Below, one piece after another: positions 1 to 8,199 of a stretch of 64,000 nucleotides of DNA (its first letter is position 1; each line of letters starts with the position of its first letter). The DNA is taken from NCBI GenBank assembly GCA_965215195.1, contig CBDCDC010000002.1, forward strand, positions 1,824,001-1,888,000, given 5' to 3'. The notes under the pieces are model-generated. The model was not told where the DNA came from, did no database searches, and worked only from the letters and a program-made list of their open reading frames with translations. This DNA comes from Candidatus Latescibacterota bacterium. Its GTDB lineage: Bacteria > Latescibacterota > UBA2968 > UBA8231. The translations under genes and the position numbers were made by a program.

Positions 1-1071
1 ATACGCGATTGTACTCGCATTATCTTCAATCGATCTGCGAATAGGGACAATACCCCTCGTGATTGGAGAGAGGTAGAGAAGTCATTGAGTGAGTTCGCGT
101 TTGGCCTATTTAAGGAGTTCTATGATGACAGAAACGCCGTTCAAGAGGTGCAAAACCAGAACTATAATGAGGGAGATGAGATACAAAAAAGATCAAGGCT
201 AGCCAAACCACGGATGTCTGAGGCAACACCACGTTTACCGGGTATGGATCCTCACATCCAGAAAACAATAGGACTTCCTCCAGGTGAAAACAGATGGAAA
301 ACGCTAATCGAACAAAACGTTCGAGACCCTCAAGTGGCGCACCACGCCCCTGATTCGGTTATATTTGTCAGCCAATGGATGGCCTTTCCCCTATTCGCTA
401 TCGACAATTTGAGGCAACTGCACGCAGCATACGAAAACAACCTTCTTAGAATGCCGCAAAATGTATACCGTCGCTACACGACCAAGGACTATATCAAATA
501 TCCGGAGGTCCTACCGCCTAAAGACGACGACGAAGCGCAAATGCTAGTGGATGCCCTACAACCGCTCATTGGTGGTATCCTACTCGGGGTAGTGGCTTAT
601 GACAAACGACGATTCTACCGAACTTACCGAGCACAGGGCCGAAGGCGCGAGGAGTATTACGGACTTAATCTCGAGGACGCACGCCGGACTTTGGCCCGAG
701 ACCAGATCATACGAGATAGACTGCGCCAAGAGGTACAAAACATTCAGGATAACTGGCGATTGAATGGCAATAACCTCGCTTTTGAGCAGTACTTGGCCCT
801 CCAAAGACATTTAGTGGAGCATGTATATCCAGATACCAGAGTTGTGATACGCGGCCAGAGTGAGGATGTGGACGTATTCCACAGCTTGCTTAGCGAGGCT
901 TTCGGCGAGAGTTTCAATAAGGAGCGGCAGCACTTGGACATCAGCGAAGAAGAATTGGACGGCCGTATCTACGAACACTTGCAGGACAAAGATCGTTTTG
1001 CCAAACCCCTAGACTACCGCGATCCTCACTGCAAAGACGATATATATGTGATGGATGGTGCCAATGCCTAG
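1..1071 (+). CDS. C-terminal part of a large protein truncated by the window edge; possibly tubulin-like (Tubulin_2 type) domain protein
   Basis: Frame is open from base 1 to TAG at 1069-1071. Segment VIFVSQWMAFPLFAIDNLRQLHAAYE resembles, from memory, C-terminal regions of bacterial tubulin-like domain proteins. No GTPase motif lies inside the window. Confidence 0.5.
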   Translation: MRDCTRIIFNRSANRDNTPRDWREVEKSLSEFAFGLFKEFYDDRNAVQEVQNQNYNEGDEIQKRSRLAKPRMSEATPRLPGMDPHIQKTIGLPPGENRWKTLIEQNVRDPQVAHHAPDSVIFVSQWMAFPLFAIDNLRQLHAAYENNLLRMPQNVYRRYTTKDYIKYPEVLPPKDDDEAQMLVDALQPLIGGILLGVVAYDKRRFYRTYRAQGRRREEYYGLNLEDARRTLARDQIIRDRLRQEVQNIQDNWRLNGNNLAFEQYLALQRHLVEHVYPDTRVVIRGQSEDVDVFHSLLSEAFGESFNKERQHLDISEEELDGRIYEHLQDKDRFAKPLDYRDPHCKDDIYVMDGANA

Positions 1072-4000
1072 GGAAGCGAGTCAAGAGCGGGTCGATAAGG
1101 CGATAGGTGCTTGCCCTGTTTGTCAGTGGCCTTATGGGAGCGGAAGCATCTTTTGCAGCAGTTGCGGGATTCAACTCGTCCGTCTAGAGGTATTTCCCAA
1201 GCCCAATGAGCTATTGACCCTCTTCGAAGGTTATCCAGTCATCATGCGGTTCGAGAATACCGGGAAAATACCCGTGGAACTGGAACGTCTCGACGGAGTG
1301 GAGTGGGGAGAATGGGTTTCGGAAACGAATTGGCCCGCCTCCTTGGATCCAAAGGAAAAAATAGAAATACGCCGGCTGCATACCGAGCGTCGCGGCCAAC
1401 GAGGGCGGTTGACTCTGCACCCCACGCTGTTGCCGATTTCATTTCGTTACCGGGTCCAAAAGGCTCCCCGAATCTGGCTGACTGACGAGCAGGGGCGAGA
1501 GTTTGAACAAGGCACTGACGGCGCACAGTTGTGGGCGGTAAATCGGGAAGCCCAATGGCACTATCTAGCCCTTCACACCACAAGCGAAGTGATTTTGGCA
1601 AAGCCTCCCCGTCTGTTCAAGGGAGATCAGATGGTGGATATAGTGCCGGCGGAAGAGGTAAGCTATCCCTTCCGCTTGGATCCAGATAAAGCCTTTCCGG
1701 TAAGACTCACCCAAAATCAGCCTCTGCCTGAAGAAGGGCATCCTGTACATCTCGTTTTTCCCATCCAGAACATAGGTGATGTCGATTTTCATCTCAATCT
1801 AAAGTACACTCTTCGGCCGGTGCTCAGAGTGGAGTTTAAGCCGCGGGGTTTCACCGGTGACACGGCACTTATCAGCGGAAGCCGAAAACAGAAGAATGTA
1901 AGTGCTACCATTACGCACTTACGGGGCGCACCACTACGCATAAATGCCGTGACTAGCGATACGTCTTGGCTACAGATCGTTGACAGCAAGGAGACCCCGG
2001 TCGTCCTTAACCCTCAGAATTCAACGGCGGGAGCTGATGAGGAGAGTGTGCTAAATATCCAGTTGCAAATGAAGACTGTTGATATTCCTCGGGTAACAGA
2101 ATCAAAGCACTTTGAACCCAAGATCGTCGTCAAGGGAGAGGCTATAGGAGCGGAAGATTCGGCGTTCGAAAAGGGGTATTCGCTTCCTGTCGGAGTAGTT
2201 CCTCCCAAACCGTTAGATCATCCTATTGGCATCGATTTTGGGACGACCAACTCTTGCTTGGCCTATTATGTTGTTGAAGATGAAGAAACAATGCCTCGCT
2301 TGGCAGAATTCGAGAGCAATGATCCTCGTGCCGAAGTGCCGACTGTCTTTCAGCTTAGAGCAATTAGGAAGAGAGCCGAACGTCTGGAAATTCTCGGAAC
2401 TCTGGAGGCTGACGAGCATCATTTGGTGGCGACCGAGAACGAGGAAGCTATTATGAGCTTTGGACGTAAGCCATTCGACCAGGTCGCCGGGATCAATCGG
2501 GACAACTTCGACGGCAATGATATCTGGAATTCTATGAGCAGTATCTGCTGGAATTTCAAATACGCTCTCAACCGACCCTATGATCCAAATATCTATATTG
2601 ATACCGGGATGTCGGGTATTTTGATCAATGGGCATCGCCCTAATACGCGGAATATCAGTCTGACTCCGGTGGATCAAGTAGCTATTTACCTCCGGTTTAT
2701 GGTAGAACGCTTCATTGAAGAATCCGGGTATTTGCCCAAAGAGATCTTTCTGACTTATCCGGCGGTATTCAACCGCCAAAAACAGGCCCTACAGGACGCC
2801 GCCGAAAAGGCTTTGCAGGAGCGCGACATTGAGACCCGCCTAGAGATCAGTGAACCTGAAGCTATCGCGGTGTATTATGTATGGCAGCTTATGGTTAGGG
2901 CCAATAAAGATAATATGGAAGAGGAGCCTGCCGATAAAGATGATGTGGATGAACGGATCATTGGGGTGTTCGACTGCGGCGGGGGGACGACCGATATCTC
3001 CATCGTACGCTATACTATGGGGGATGGTGAATATCAAATGAATCAAGTGGAAATTCTCGGTTCTGATGGTGACAATCGACTAGGGGGGAACCTACTGACA
3101 TTTTGCTTGGCTAAATACTTCTATGGGGAACTCGTCCCTGAACAGTATCGTAGTCGTTTTCCCTTTCCCAAGGATCTACGCGATGGCTTACGCACTCAAG
3201 AGGCTAGTGTGAAAACGAACTTCCTAAAGCTCTACCAGTTAGCCGAGATGATAAAGACGAACAGCACAACTTATGAGCGATTCCAAGGATGTTTTTCCCC
3301 ACAGCGCTATGAGGAACTGAACCAGATAAGGGATGTGGGATTGCTGGACCTGCTCGCCAGTGGGGAGAAACTGAATTGGCCTAGCATTGAGTTAGCCAGC
3401 CTCGAAGAGAGCGATGTATTCCGGGTCAATGGCTTGAAGCGCAGCATCAACAACGGCGACTTGCCAAGGCAACTTAGCTCTATGGATTATCAGGCTATTT
3501 TTTCTGTGCTTCGCCGAGAATTGGAGCGGGGTTTCAAGAAACTGGACTTGATGCAGAAGGAGCTTTACAAGCGGAAAATTATATCCAATTTCCAGTTGGA
3601 TCATCTTATTTTGGCAGGCAATTCGTCCAAATTGCCGATTGTGAATGAGATCGCTCAAGGTATGGAAACCAAAGAAGTTTCGGCCCCTGCTCTTTCTTCA
3701 CCGGATTTTAATAATGAACGAAAGGTTAGCGTAGCCGCGGGAGCGGCTCTTTACGGAAGGTCTCTACTGGAAGATCAAGAATCCCCCCTCGAAGTCTCTG
3801 GAATACACAAACTAAATTATCCGCTAGGTTCCTACAATACGATGAGAGGCTTCAGGCCCATTTTTGATCGCTGGCTTTCCCTAGAGAAGGGAAAAGTACA
3901 TTCCCGTGCGAGCAAAATTATCTCCAAGCGTCAATCCCGCACTCGACGAATCTTACTGTTCGAATTTTTCGGTTGGAACTACAAAAACCTGAAGGCAGAC

Positions 4001-4210
4001 CGGCAGCAAGTGGCAGCTATTCCCATGCCACTGGAGGAGCGGTCTTTTAAGCAGGCCGCTTATTGGCAGTACAAACTCGAGCTTCGGGGCGACGAAAACA
4101 ATCGCGGTCAGCTCTATTACAACTTCGCGGTAGGACAGGAGAAGGATGGAAGTGATTTTGAAGAAATCTATGATGGATACTTGAAATGCGAGGACTTTAA
4201 CTATAGTTGA
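1055..4210 (+). CDS. Hsp70/DnaK-fold ATPase with N-terminal zinc ribbon and Ig-like region
   Basis: CPVC..CSSC zinc ribbon; Hsp70 NBD motifs IGIDFGTTNS, LTYPA, ISEPEAIA, VFDCGGGTTDISI, LAEMIK, ILAGNSSKLP, SVAAGAA; start overlaps upstream stop. Confidence 0.88.
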   Translation: MVPMPREASQERVDKAIGACPVCQWPYGSGSIFCSSCGIQLVRLEVFPKPNELLTLFEGYPVIMRFENTGKIPVELERLDGVEWGEWVSETNWPASLDPKEKIEIRRLHTERRGQRGRLTLHPTLLPISFRYRVQKAPRIWLTDEQGREFEQGTDGAQLWAVNREAQWHYLALHTTSEVILAKPPRLFKGDQMVDIVPAEEVSYPFRLDPDKAFPVRLTQNQPLPEEGHPVHLVFPIQNIGDVDFHLNLKYTLRPVLRVEFKPRGFTGDTALISGSRKQKNVSATITHLRGAPLRINAVTSDTSWLQIVDSKETPVVLNPQNSTAGADEESVLNIQLQMKTVDIPRVTESKHFEPKIVVKGEAIGAEDSAFEKGYSLPVGVVPPKPLDHPIGIDFGTTNSCLAYYVVEDEETMPRLAEFESNDPRAEVPTVFQLRAIRKRAERLEILGTLEADEHHLVATENEEAIMSFGRKPFDQVAGINRDNFDGNDIWNSMSSICWNFKYALNRPYDPNIYIDTGMSGILINGHRPNTRNISLTPVDQVAIYLRFMVERFIEESGYLPKEIFLTYPAVFNRQKQALQDAAEKALQERDIETRLEISEPEAIAVYYVWQLMVRANKDNMEEEPADKDDVDERIIGVFDCGGGTTDISIVRYTMGDGEYQMNQVEILGSDGDNRLGGNLLTFCLAKYFYGELVPEQYRSRFPFPKDLRDGLRTQEASVKTNFLKLYQLAEMIKTNSTTYERFQGCFSPQRYEELNQIRDVGLLDLLASGEKLNWPSIELASLEESDVFRVNGLKRSINNGDLPRQLSSMDYQAIFSVLRRELERGFKKLDLMQKELYKRKIISNFQLDHLILAGNSSKLPIVNEIAQGMETKEVSAPALSSPDFNNERKVSVAAGAALYGRSLLEDQESPLEVSGIHKLNYPLGSYNTMRGFRPIFDRWLSLEKGKVHSRASKIISKRQSRTRRILLFEFFGWNYKNLKADRQQVAAIPMPLEERSFKQAAYWQYKLELRGDENNRGQLYYNFAVGQEKDGSDFEEIYDGYLKCEDFNYS

Positions 4211-4234
4211 GTGTAAAGCCAGCAAAAGATATTT

Positions 4235-5167
4235 ATGGCAGAATTCCAAGAAAAGGTTGATGCTCTAGGCAACGAAGTTGCCCTCTGGGAGAAAGAACTC
4301 CAAGCTCTGCGAGAAATCGTCGACAAGACAAGACAGATCCGAGAAGAATTACACAAACGCGGTCTCGGCGACCTCGTATTCGCGCAGATCCTCGATGTAG
4401 CCAAGGGTTTCGATGGGGCGGAAGAGAGCTTTGTAGAAAAGGTGAACGAGTTCTTAAACGATATGAACAACTTCAGAGACAAGTTGGCAAAGTTCCGCGA
4501 CATTATGCAAGCGTCCTACGATGACTACGCAGAGCTCCGTCAATTCATCCCTACTAACACCAAATTTCAAGAGCTACAAAAGCTAGAGCTCGATCTGCAA
4601 AATAGATTAAAATCATTCCAAGAAGAAGTACAGGCTGCCTCCGAAAAATGGAATAAAAAATATTCAGATATTACAAATACCCGATATCGTTTCCGAGAAA
4701 TGCTCAACGAACTGCCCCTAGAAGTCGAAGAGATACCGTCGACACAGGATGCTGAGACTATTAACAAGGACATCGAAAAGATCAAGGAGGCCGTGAATGG
4801 GTTGGAGTTGGTCTCCCTTATAGCGAAGGAATCGGATCTCAAAGATCAATTGACGACTATCCAAGCTAAGATAGACAATTTCTGTATTCCGTGGGATACT
4901 GTCCTGACTAATTTAATTGACCAGTTGTTCAAAGAGAAAAAATCTCTAGAACAGAAACCCGCGAAATTGGAAAGATTTGTCCAAGAACGCGGCCTTGAGT
5001 TGATTTGGCCGGAGCAAGGGGACGAACACTCGCTAGCATATCACCGAATTTTAGATGAGCGAGAAGATGATCAGGTAAGCCGCGGTCAAGTGATTCGACC
5101 TGTTACACCTGGACTACGCCGGGGGGCTGAAGTAATTATCAAGGCCGGGATTTGGCTGGCGAAATGA
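4235..5167 (+). CDS. Coiled-coil protein with C-terminal GrpE-like domain
   Basis: Long E/K/L/Q heptad-rich region, then WPEQGDEHSLAYHRIL...RGQVIRPVTPGLRRGAEVIIKAGIWLAK, matching the GrpE beta-domain pattern; directly downstream of the Hsp70-like gene. Confidence 0.7.
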   Translation: MAEFQEKVDALGNEVALWEKELQALREIVDKTRQIREELHKRGLGDLVFAQILDVAKGFDGAEESFVEKVNEFLNDMNNFRDKLAKFRDIMQASYDDYAELRQFIPTNTKFQELQKLELDLQNRLKSFQEEVQAASEKWNKKYSDITNTRYRFREMLNELPLEVEEIPSTQDAETINKDIEKIKEAVNGLELVSLIAKESDLKDQLTTIQAKIDNFCIPWDTVLTNLIDQLFKEKKSLEQKPAKLERFVQERGLELIWPEQGDEHSLAYHRILDEREDDQVSRGQVIRPVTPGLRRGAEVIIKAGIWLAK

Positions 5168-5241
5168 GCAAAATCTTCTCTTACGGTAGAGTGTCTGTCC
5201 TATAACTGAGCATTGCAGCTACAGCAGAGAAAGCCATTTCC

Positions 5242-7026
5242 ATGAGTTTAGACTTCTTAGCCCAGAACAGCGATCAGATTCGGGACTTTTTTGTTTTTCT
5301 TATCATCTTGTTCGGCCTAGCTGCGCTTGTCCTATTTGTCAAAGGGTACAGAAGAACGCAGACATATCGCCTCGGATTGGGTGCTATTGAGAGCTGGGAG
5401 AGAGACAATCCAGATTTCAATATAGAAGAGGAGACCGACCAATCCCCCGAAGATGTTATTAAGGAAGCCAAGCATCCCTTGGCTGTCCGTTGGCTCGAAC
5501 GTTTTATAGCCTTATATCGGCAAAATAAGGCTCCTGATGTAGAAGGTTTGATAGGCTCTATCGAACACGAACTCACCCGGCACGACGAAGCATTCCGCTC
5601 GCTTACCAGCAGCCTCATTCTATTGGGCCTACTAGGCACATTTGTTGGATTAATAATCGTGGTCATACCTATCCCGGGTATTATCCAAGGAGCGCAGACT
5701 TCACCAACATTGAGTCAAGAAGTAAAAATAGAGGATGTATTTAGTACCATCCTAGAAGGGTTGGGGCAGTCAGTAAAAGGGATGCCACTGGCGTTCATTA
5801 CCAGTATAATAGGGCTTTTCGCCACCTTAATCCTAAATGGCTTATACAGCCTTCTATTACTACGCACTAGGAATACGTTGTTGGCAAACATAGAAGAGTG
5901 TTTCAACGCGAAAATCGCCCCTAGGTTTGCTATAATCCCGCCGCAGTTACGTTTGAGCCGCGTCTTCACCCGAACAGTAAACGACCTATACGATAAGTAC
6001 TTCACTACTCTTTCCGACTACTTAGACAAAAGACTCAAGGAAATTGTCGATGTTTACGATAATTATTTCCTTCTCTTTTCTGGCCATTTAGACAAAAGAC
6101 TCAAGGAAATCGTCGATAGTAACGCTCGCTTGGCCACACTTGTAGAAGAGAGCGGCACGAAGCTCAAGGAAAGTAGCGAGGCCAGTCTGAAAAGCGCGGA
6201 GATTTTTGAGCAGCACAAGGAGACGGTAGCTGCGGGGGCAAACGAAATAATGAGAGCGGCTAAGGAGTTTTCTCAACACATCAAGAACTTTGAGCGGCTA
6301 AGCGACCCCCTGAATGCGCTCAAGGACAGCGTCGATACTATGCTCGAGGAGAACAAGCGACTGATGGCCCGACAGTTTCAATCCTTTGATGAGCGGATGG
6401 ACAAACAATCCAAGTTATTTGAGGCGCGAATGGAGACCCTAGGAGACGGCCTAGCCGAGACTCTGGAGACGATAAGAGGATTGAATGACACAGATTATCG
6501 TCCCAATTTCGTGAACATCCAGAACCTGCTCACCGCTGTCAGGGAGAGCCAAGATGCCTTCCTCGAATTTCAGAAGAAGACGCTCAACGAGCAAGGTGAA
6601 GCGTTTGAAAAGGCCAAGCAACCCCTACAAGATGAATTGGAAAGGCTCCGCCAAGATCTGCAAAGATTGGGCAAGGAGCAAGGCGAGGCGTTTGAACAGG
6701 CCAAAAAGCCCTTACAGGATGAATCGGAAAGGTTGCGCCAAGAGCTACAAGGGTTGAACAAGGAGATAGTATTGTTGCAGAACCAGCTAGGCCAAGTGCT
6801 AGGAGCCATCAATCAAGGTTTCAAAAAAACGGACGAGGACCTCCAAGTACTGAAAGCTATCGATCAGGTAATCCCTCAGCTTGAAGACATGCATGCGACG
6901 GCGCAGGCAATAGAAAAACAGTTGGATGGCATGGCGAAATCGCCGCAAGGCATCGCCGGACGATCTCGAAGAAAATGGAATTGGAATAGTATTCGCCGAT
7001 TATTCAAGAAAAAGAGCAAGGAATAG
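5242..7026 (+). CDS. MotA/TolQ/ExbB-family (ZorA-like) membrane protein with long cytoplasmic coiled-coil tail
   Basis: Three hydrophobic helices with LLGLLGTFVGL and AFITSIIGL signatures, followed by >300 aa of helical tail; paired with a MotB/OmpA gene. Confidence 0.82.
   Translation: MSLDFLAQNSDQIRDFFVFLIILFGLAALVLFVKGYRRTQTYRLGLGAIESWERDNPDFNIEEETDQSPEDVIKEAKHPLAVRWLERFIALYRQNKAPDVEGLIGSIEHELTRHDEAFRSLTSSLILLGLLGTFVGLIIVVIPIPGIIQGAQTSPTLSQEVKIEDVFSTILEGLGQSVKGMPLAFITSIIGLFATLILNGLYSLLLLRTRNTLLANIEECFNAKIAPRFAIIPPQLRLSRVFTRTVNDLYDKYFTTLSDYLDKRLKEIVDVYDNYFLLFSGHLDKRLKEIVDSNARLATLVEESGTKLKESSEASLKSAEIFEQHKETVAAGANEIMRAAKEFSQHIKNFERLSDPLNALKDSVDTMLEENKRLMARQFQSFDERMDKQSKLFEARMETLGDGLAETLETIRGLNDTDYRPNFVNIQNLLTAVRESQDAFLEFQKKTLNEQGEAFEKAKQPLQDELERLRQDLQRLGKEQGEAFEQAKKPLQDESERLRQELQGLNKEIVLLQNQLGQVLGAINQGFKKTDEDLQVLKAIDQVIPQLEDMHATAQAIEKQLDGMAKSPQGIAGRSRRKWNWNSIRRLFKKKSKE
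5989..6120 (+). repeat. 66-bp (22-aa) tandem duplication inside the ZorA-like gene
   Basis: TTAGACAAAAGACTCAAGGAAAT(T/C)GTCGAT at 6022-6051 and 6088-6117; protein YDKYFTTLSDYLDKRLKEIVD / YDNYFLLFSGHLDKRLKEIVD. Confidence 0.9.
6589..6762 (+). repeat. 87-bp (29-aa) tandem duplication inside the ZorA-like tail
   Basis: EQGEAFEKAKQPLQDELERLRQDLQRLGK / EQGEAFEQAKKPLQDESERLRQELQGLNK; units start at 6589 and 6676. Confidence 0.9.
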
Positions 7027-7065
7027 TCAGGCCCATCGGCTGAATGCTTGGGAAAGCAGCCTCGG

Positions 7066-7722
7066 ATGAAAAGGGATCGCAGTAGCCATAGTGGGCTCAA
7101 TTTCTGGCCTTCTTTCACGGACGCAATCACGGCTATTTTCATTTGCGTCACTTTTTTTCTCGTCGTGATGGTGATCAAGAATTACGTGGACCTGAGCCGC
7201 TTGCGTGCGCTGAAAGAACTGGTGGGTAAGATAGAGAAGGATCTCGACGAGTTAGAAGAATTCATGGGAGGAGAGGACGTCACCGTAGAAGAAGGTACGA
7301 TTGTAATGCGTAGTGATATCCTGTTCTCTTTTGATGAATCCGCTCTTGATGATATTCCCGTCGAAGGGCAAAATCAGCTCAGGCGAATAGGTCAAAAATT
7401 AAAGCAGTTTATTGAAAAAAAAGACAGTAAATTGTTCAGTATTGTGGTAGAGGGCCACACCGACAGTTACGGCGAGAGGGAATACAACCGCATTTTATCC
7501 CTGAAACGATCTCAAACTGTGGTGGACTATTGGGAGCAGGTCGACTTCACTTGGGAAAATTTCGATATCGTCCCGGTTGGCTTAGGCGAGCGGGAGCTGG
7601 TTGTTTTAACCGGAACAAAGGATGAACAGTCCCCTAACCGACGTATCGTGATCCGATTGGTGCCTAAATTTAGCCAACTAATCCAGAGCCTGAAGGAGCA
7701 GAACATCCTACTGAGGGATTAG
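7066..7722 (+). CDS. MotB/OmpA-family (ZorB-like) protein
   Basis: N-terminal FWPSFTD with the conserved Asp leading into one TM helix; peptidoglycan-binding OmpA motifs VEGHTD, YNRILSLKR, NRRIVI. Confidence 0.88.
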   Translation: MKRDRSSHSGLNFWPSFTDAITAIFICVTFFLVVMVIKNYVDLSRLRALKELVGKIEKDLDELEEFMGGEDVTVEEGTIVMRSDILFSFDESALDDIPVEGQNQLRRIGQKLKQFIEKKDSKLFSIVVEGHTDSYGEREYNRILSLKRSQTVVDYWEQVDFTWENFDIVPVGLGERELVVLTGTKDEQSPNRRIVIRLVPKFSQLIQSLKEQNILLRD

Positions 7723-7927
7723 CAGTGCTCTGTCATAAGTGCTAGCTAAACTGCTCTTGGAACGGCGCACGGCCTTCCATTAGCGTTAGAGGCTGTCCTA
7801 ACGCCCAGCGGCAAAATTATCCGCCGCTGAACGCCGATGCGGAAGGACGCCCACTTCCGCGCCGACTCTCACCCCGATCTAGCTGTTGCGGGATCGAGAA
7901 GTAGCGGGCGACGTGGACTGTGCACTC

Positions 7928-7956
7928 TTGACAGATTCCAACGCAGCCCTTTTAAT
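7928..7956 (+). promoter_or_regulatory. Sigma70-type promoter of the cobalamin operon
   Basis: TTGACA (7928-7933), 17 bp, TTTAAT (7951-7956), immediately upstream of the riboswitch. Confidence 0.7.
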
Positions 7957-7965
7957 AGCCCAAGC

Positions 7966-8160
7966 AAATAACGGCGCAGGTGTCCGCTGTTAGACGCAGC
8001 GGAAGAATAGGGAAGGCAGTGCAAATCTGCCGCGGTCCCGCCACTGTGATCGGTTGACGGCCCACCGGCCGTCGCGTCCCCGACATCAGCCACTGATCCC
8101 CACGTGGATCGGGAAGGAGTCGGGCGGCACATAACCGGAAGTCAGGAGACCTGCCTGCGC
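7966..8160 (+). promoter_or_regulatory. Cobalamin (B12) riboswitch
   Basis: Conserved blocks AGGTG (7978), AATAGGGAA (8006), GTGCAAAT..GCGGTCCCGCCACTGTGA, GCCACTG, GGGAAGG and B12 box AAGTCAGGAGACCTGCC (8139-8155); precedes cobalamin uptake genes. Confidence 0.95.
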
Positions 8161-8199
8161 TGAGGTGAAGACTCCTTCGGCAGAAAGGTTGGTCCACCG

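Noticed and set aside
1055-5167. Housekeeping dnaK-grpE operon
   Set aside because: Extra 390-aa N-terminal arm, no canonical substrate-binding domain, no dnaJ/hrcA, and atypical base composition.
5242-7722. Flagellar MotAB or TolQR/ExbBD call for the stator pair
   Set aside because: No flagellar, tonB or tol genes are adjacent; the very long cytoplasmic tail and OmpA-type partner fit ZorAB-like proteins better.
7783-7804. GCGTTAG-AGGCTGTC-CTAACGC hairpin / possible IS5-like end at the island boundary
   Set aside because: No partner end or U-tract found; too short to support.
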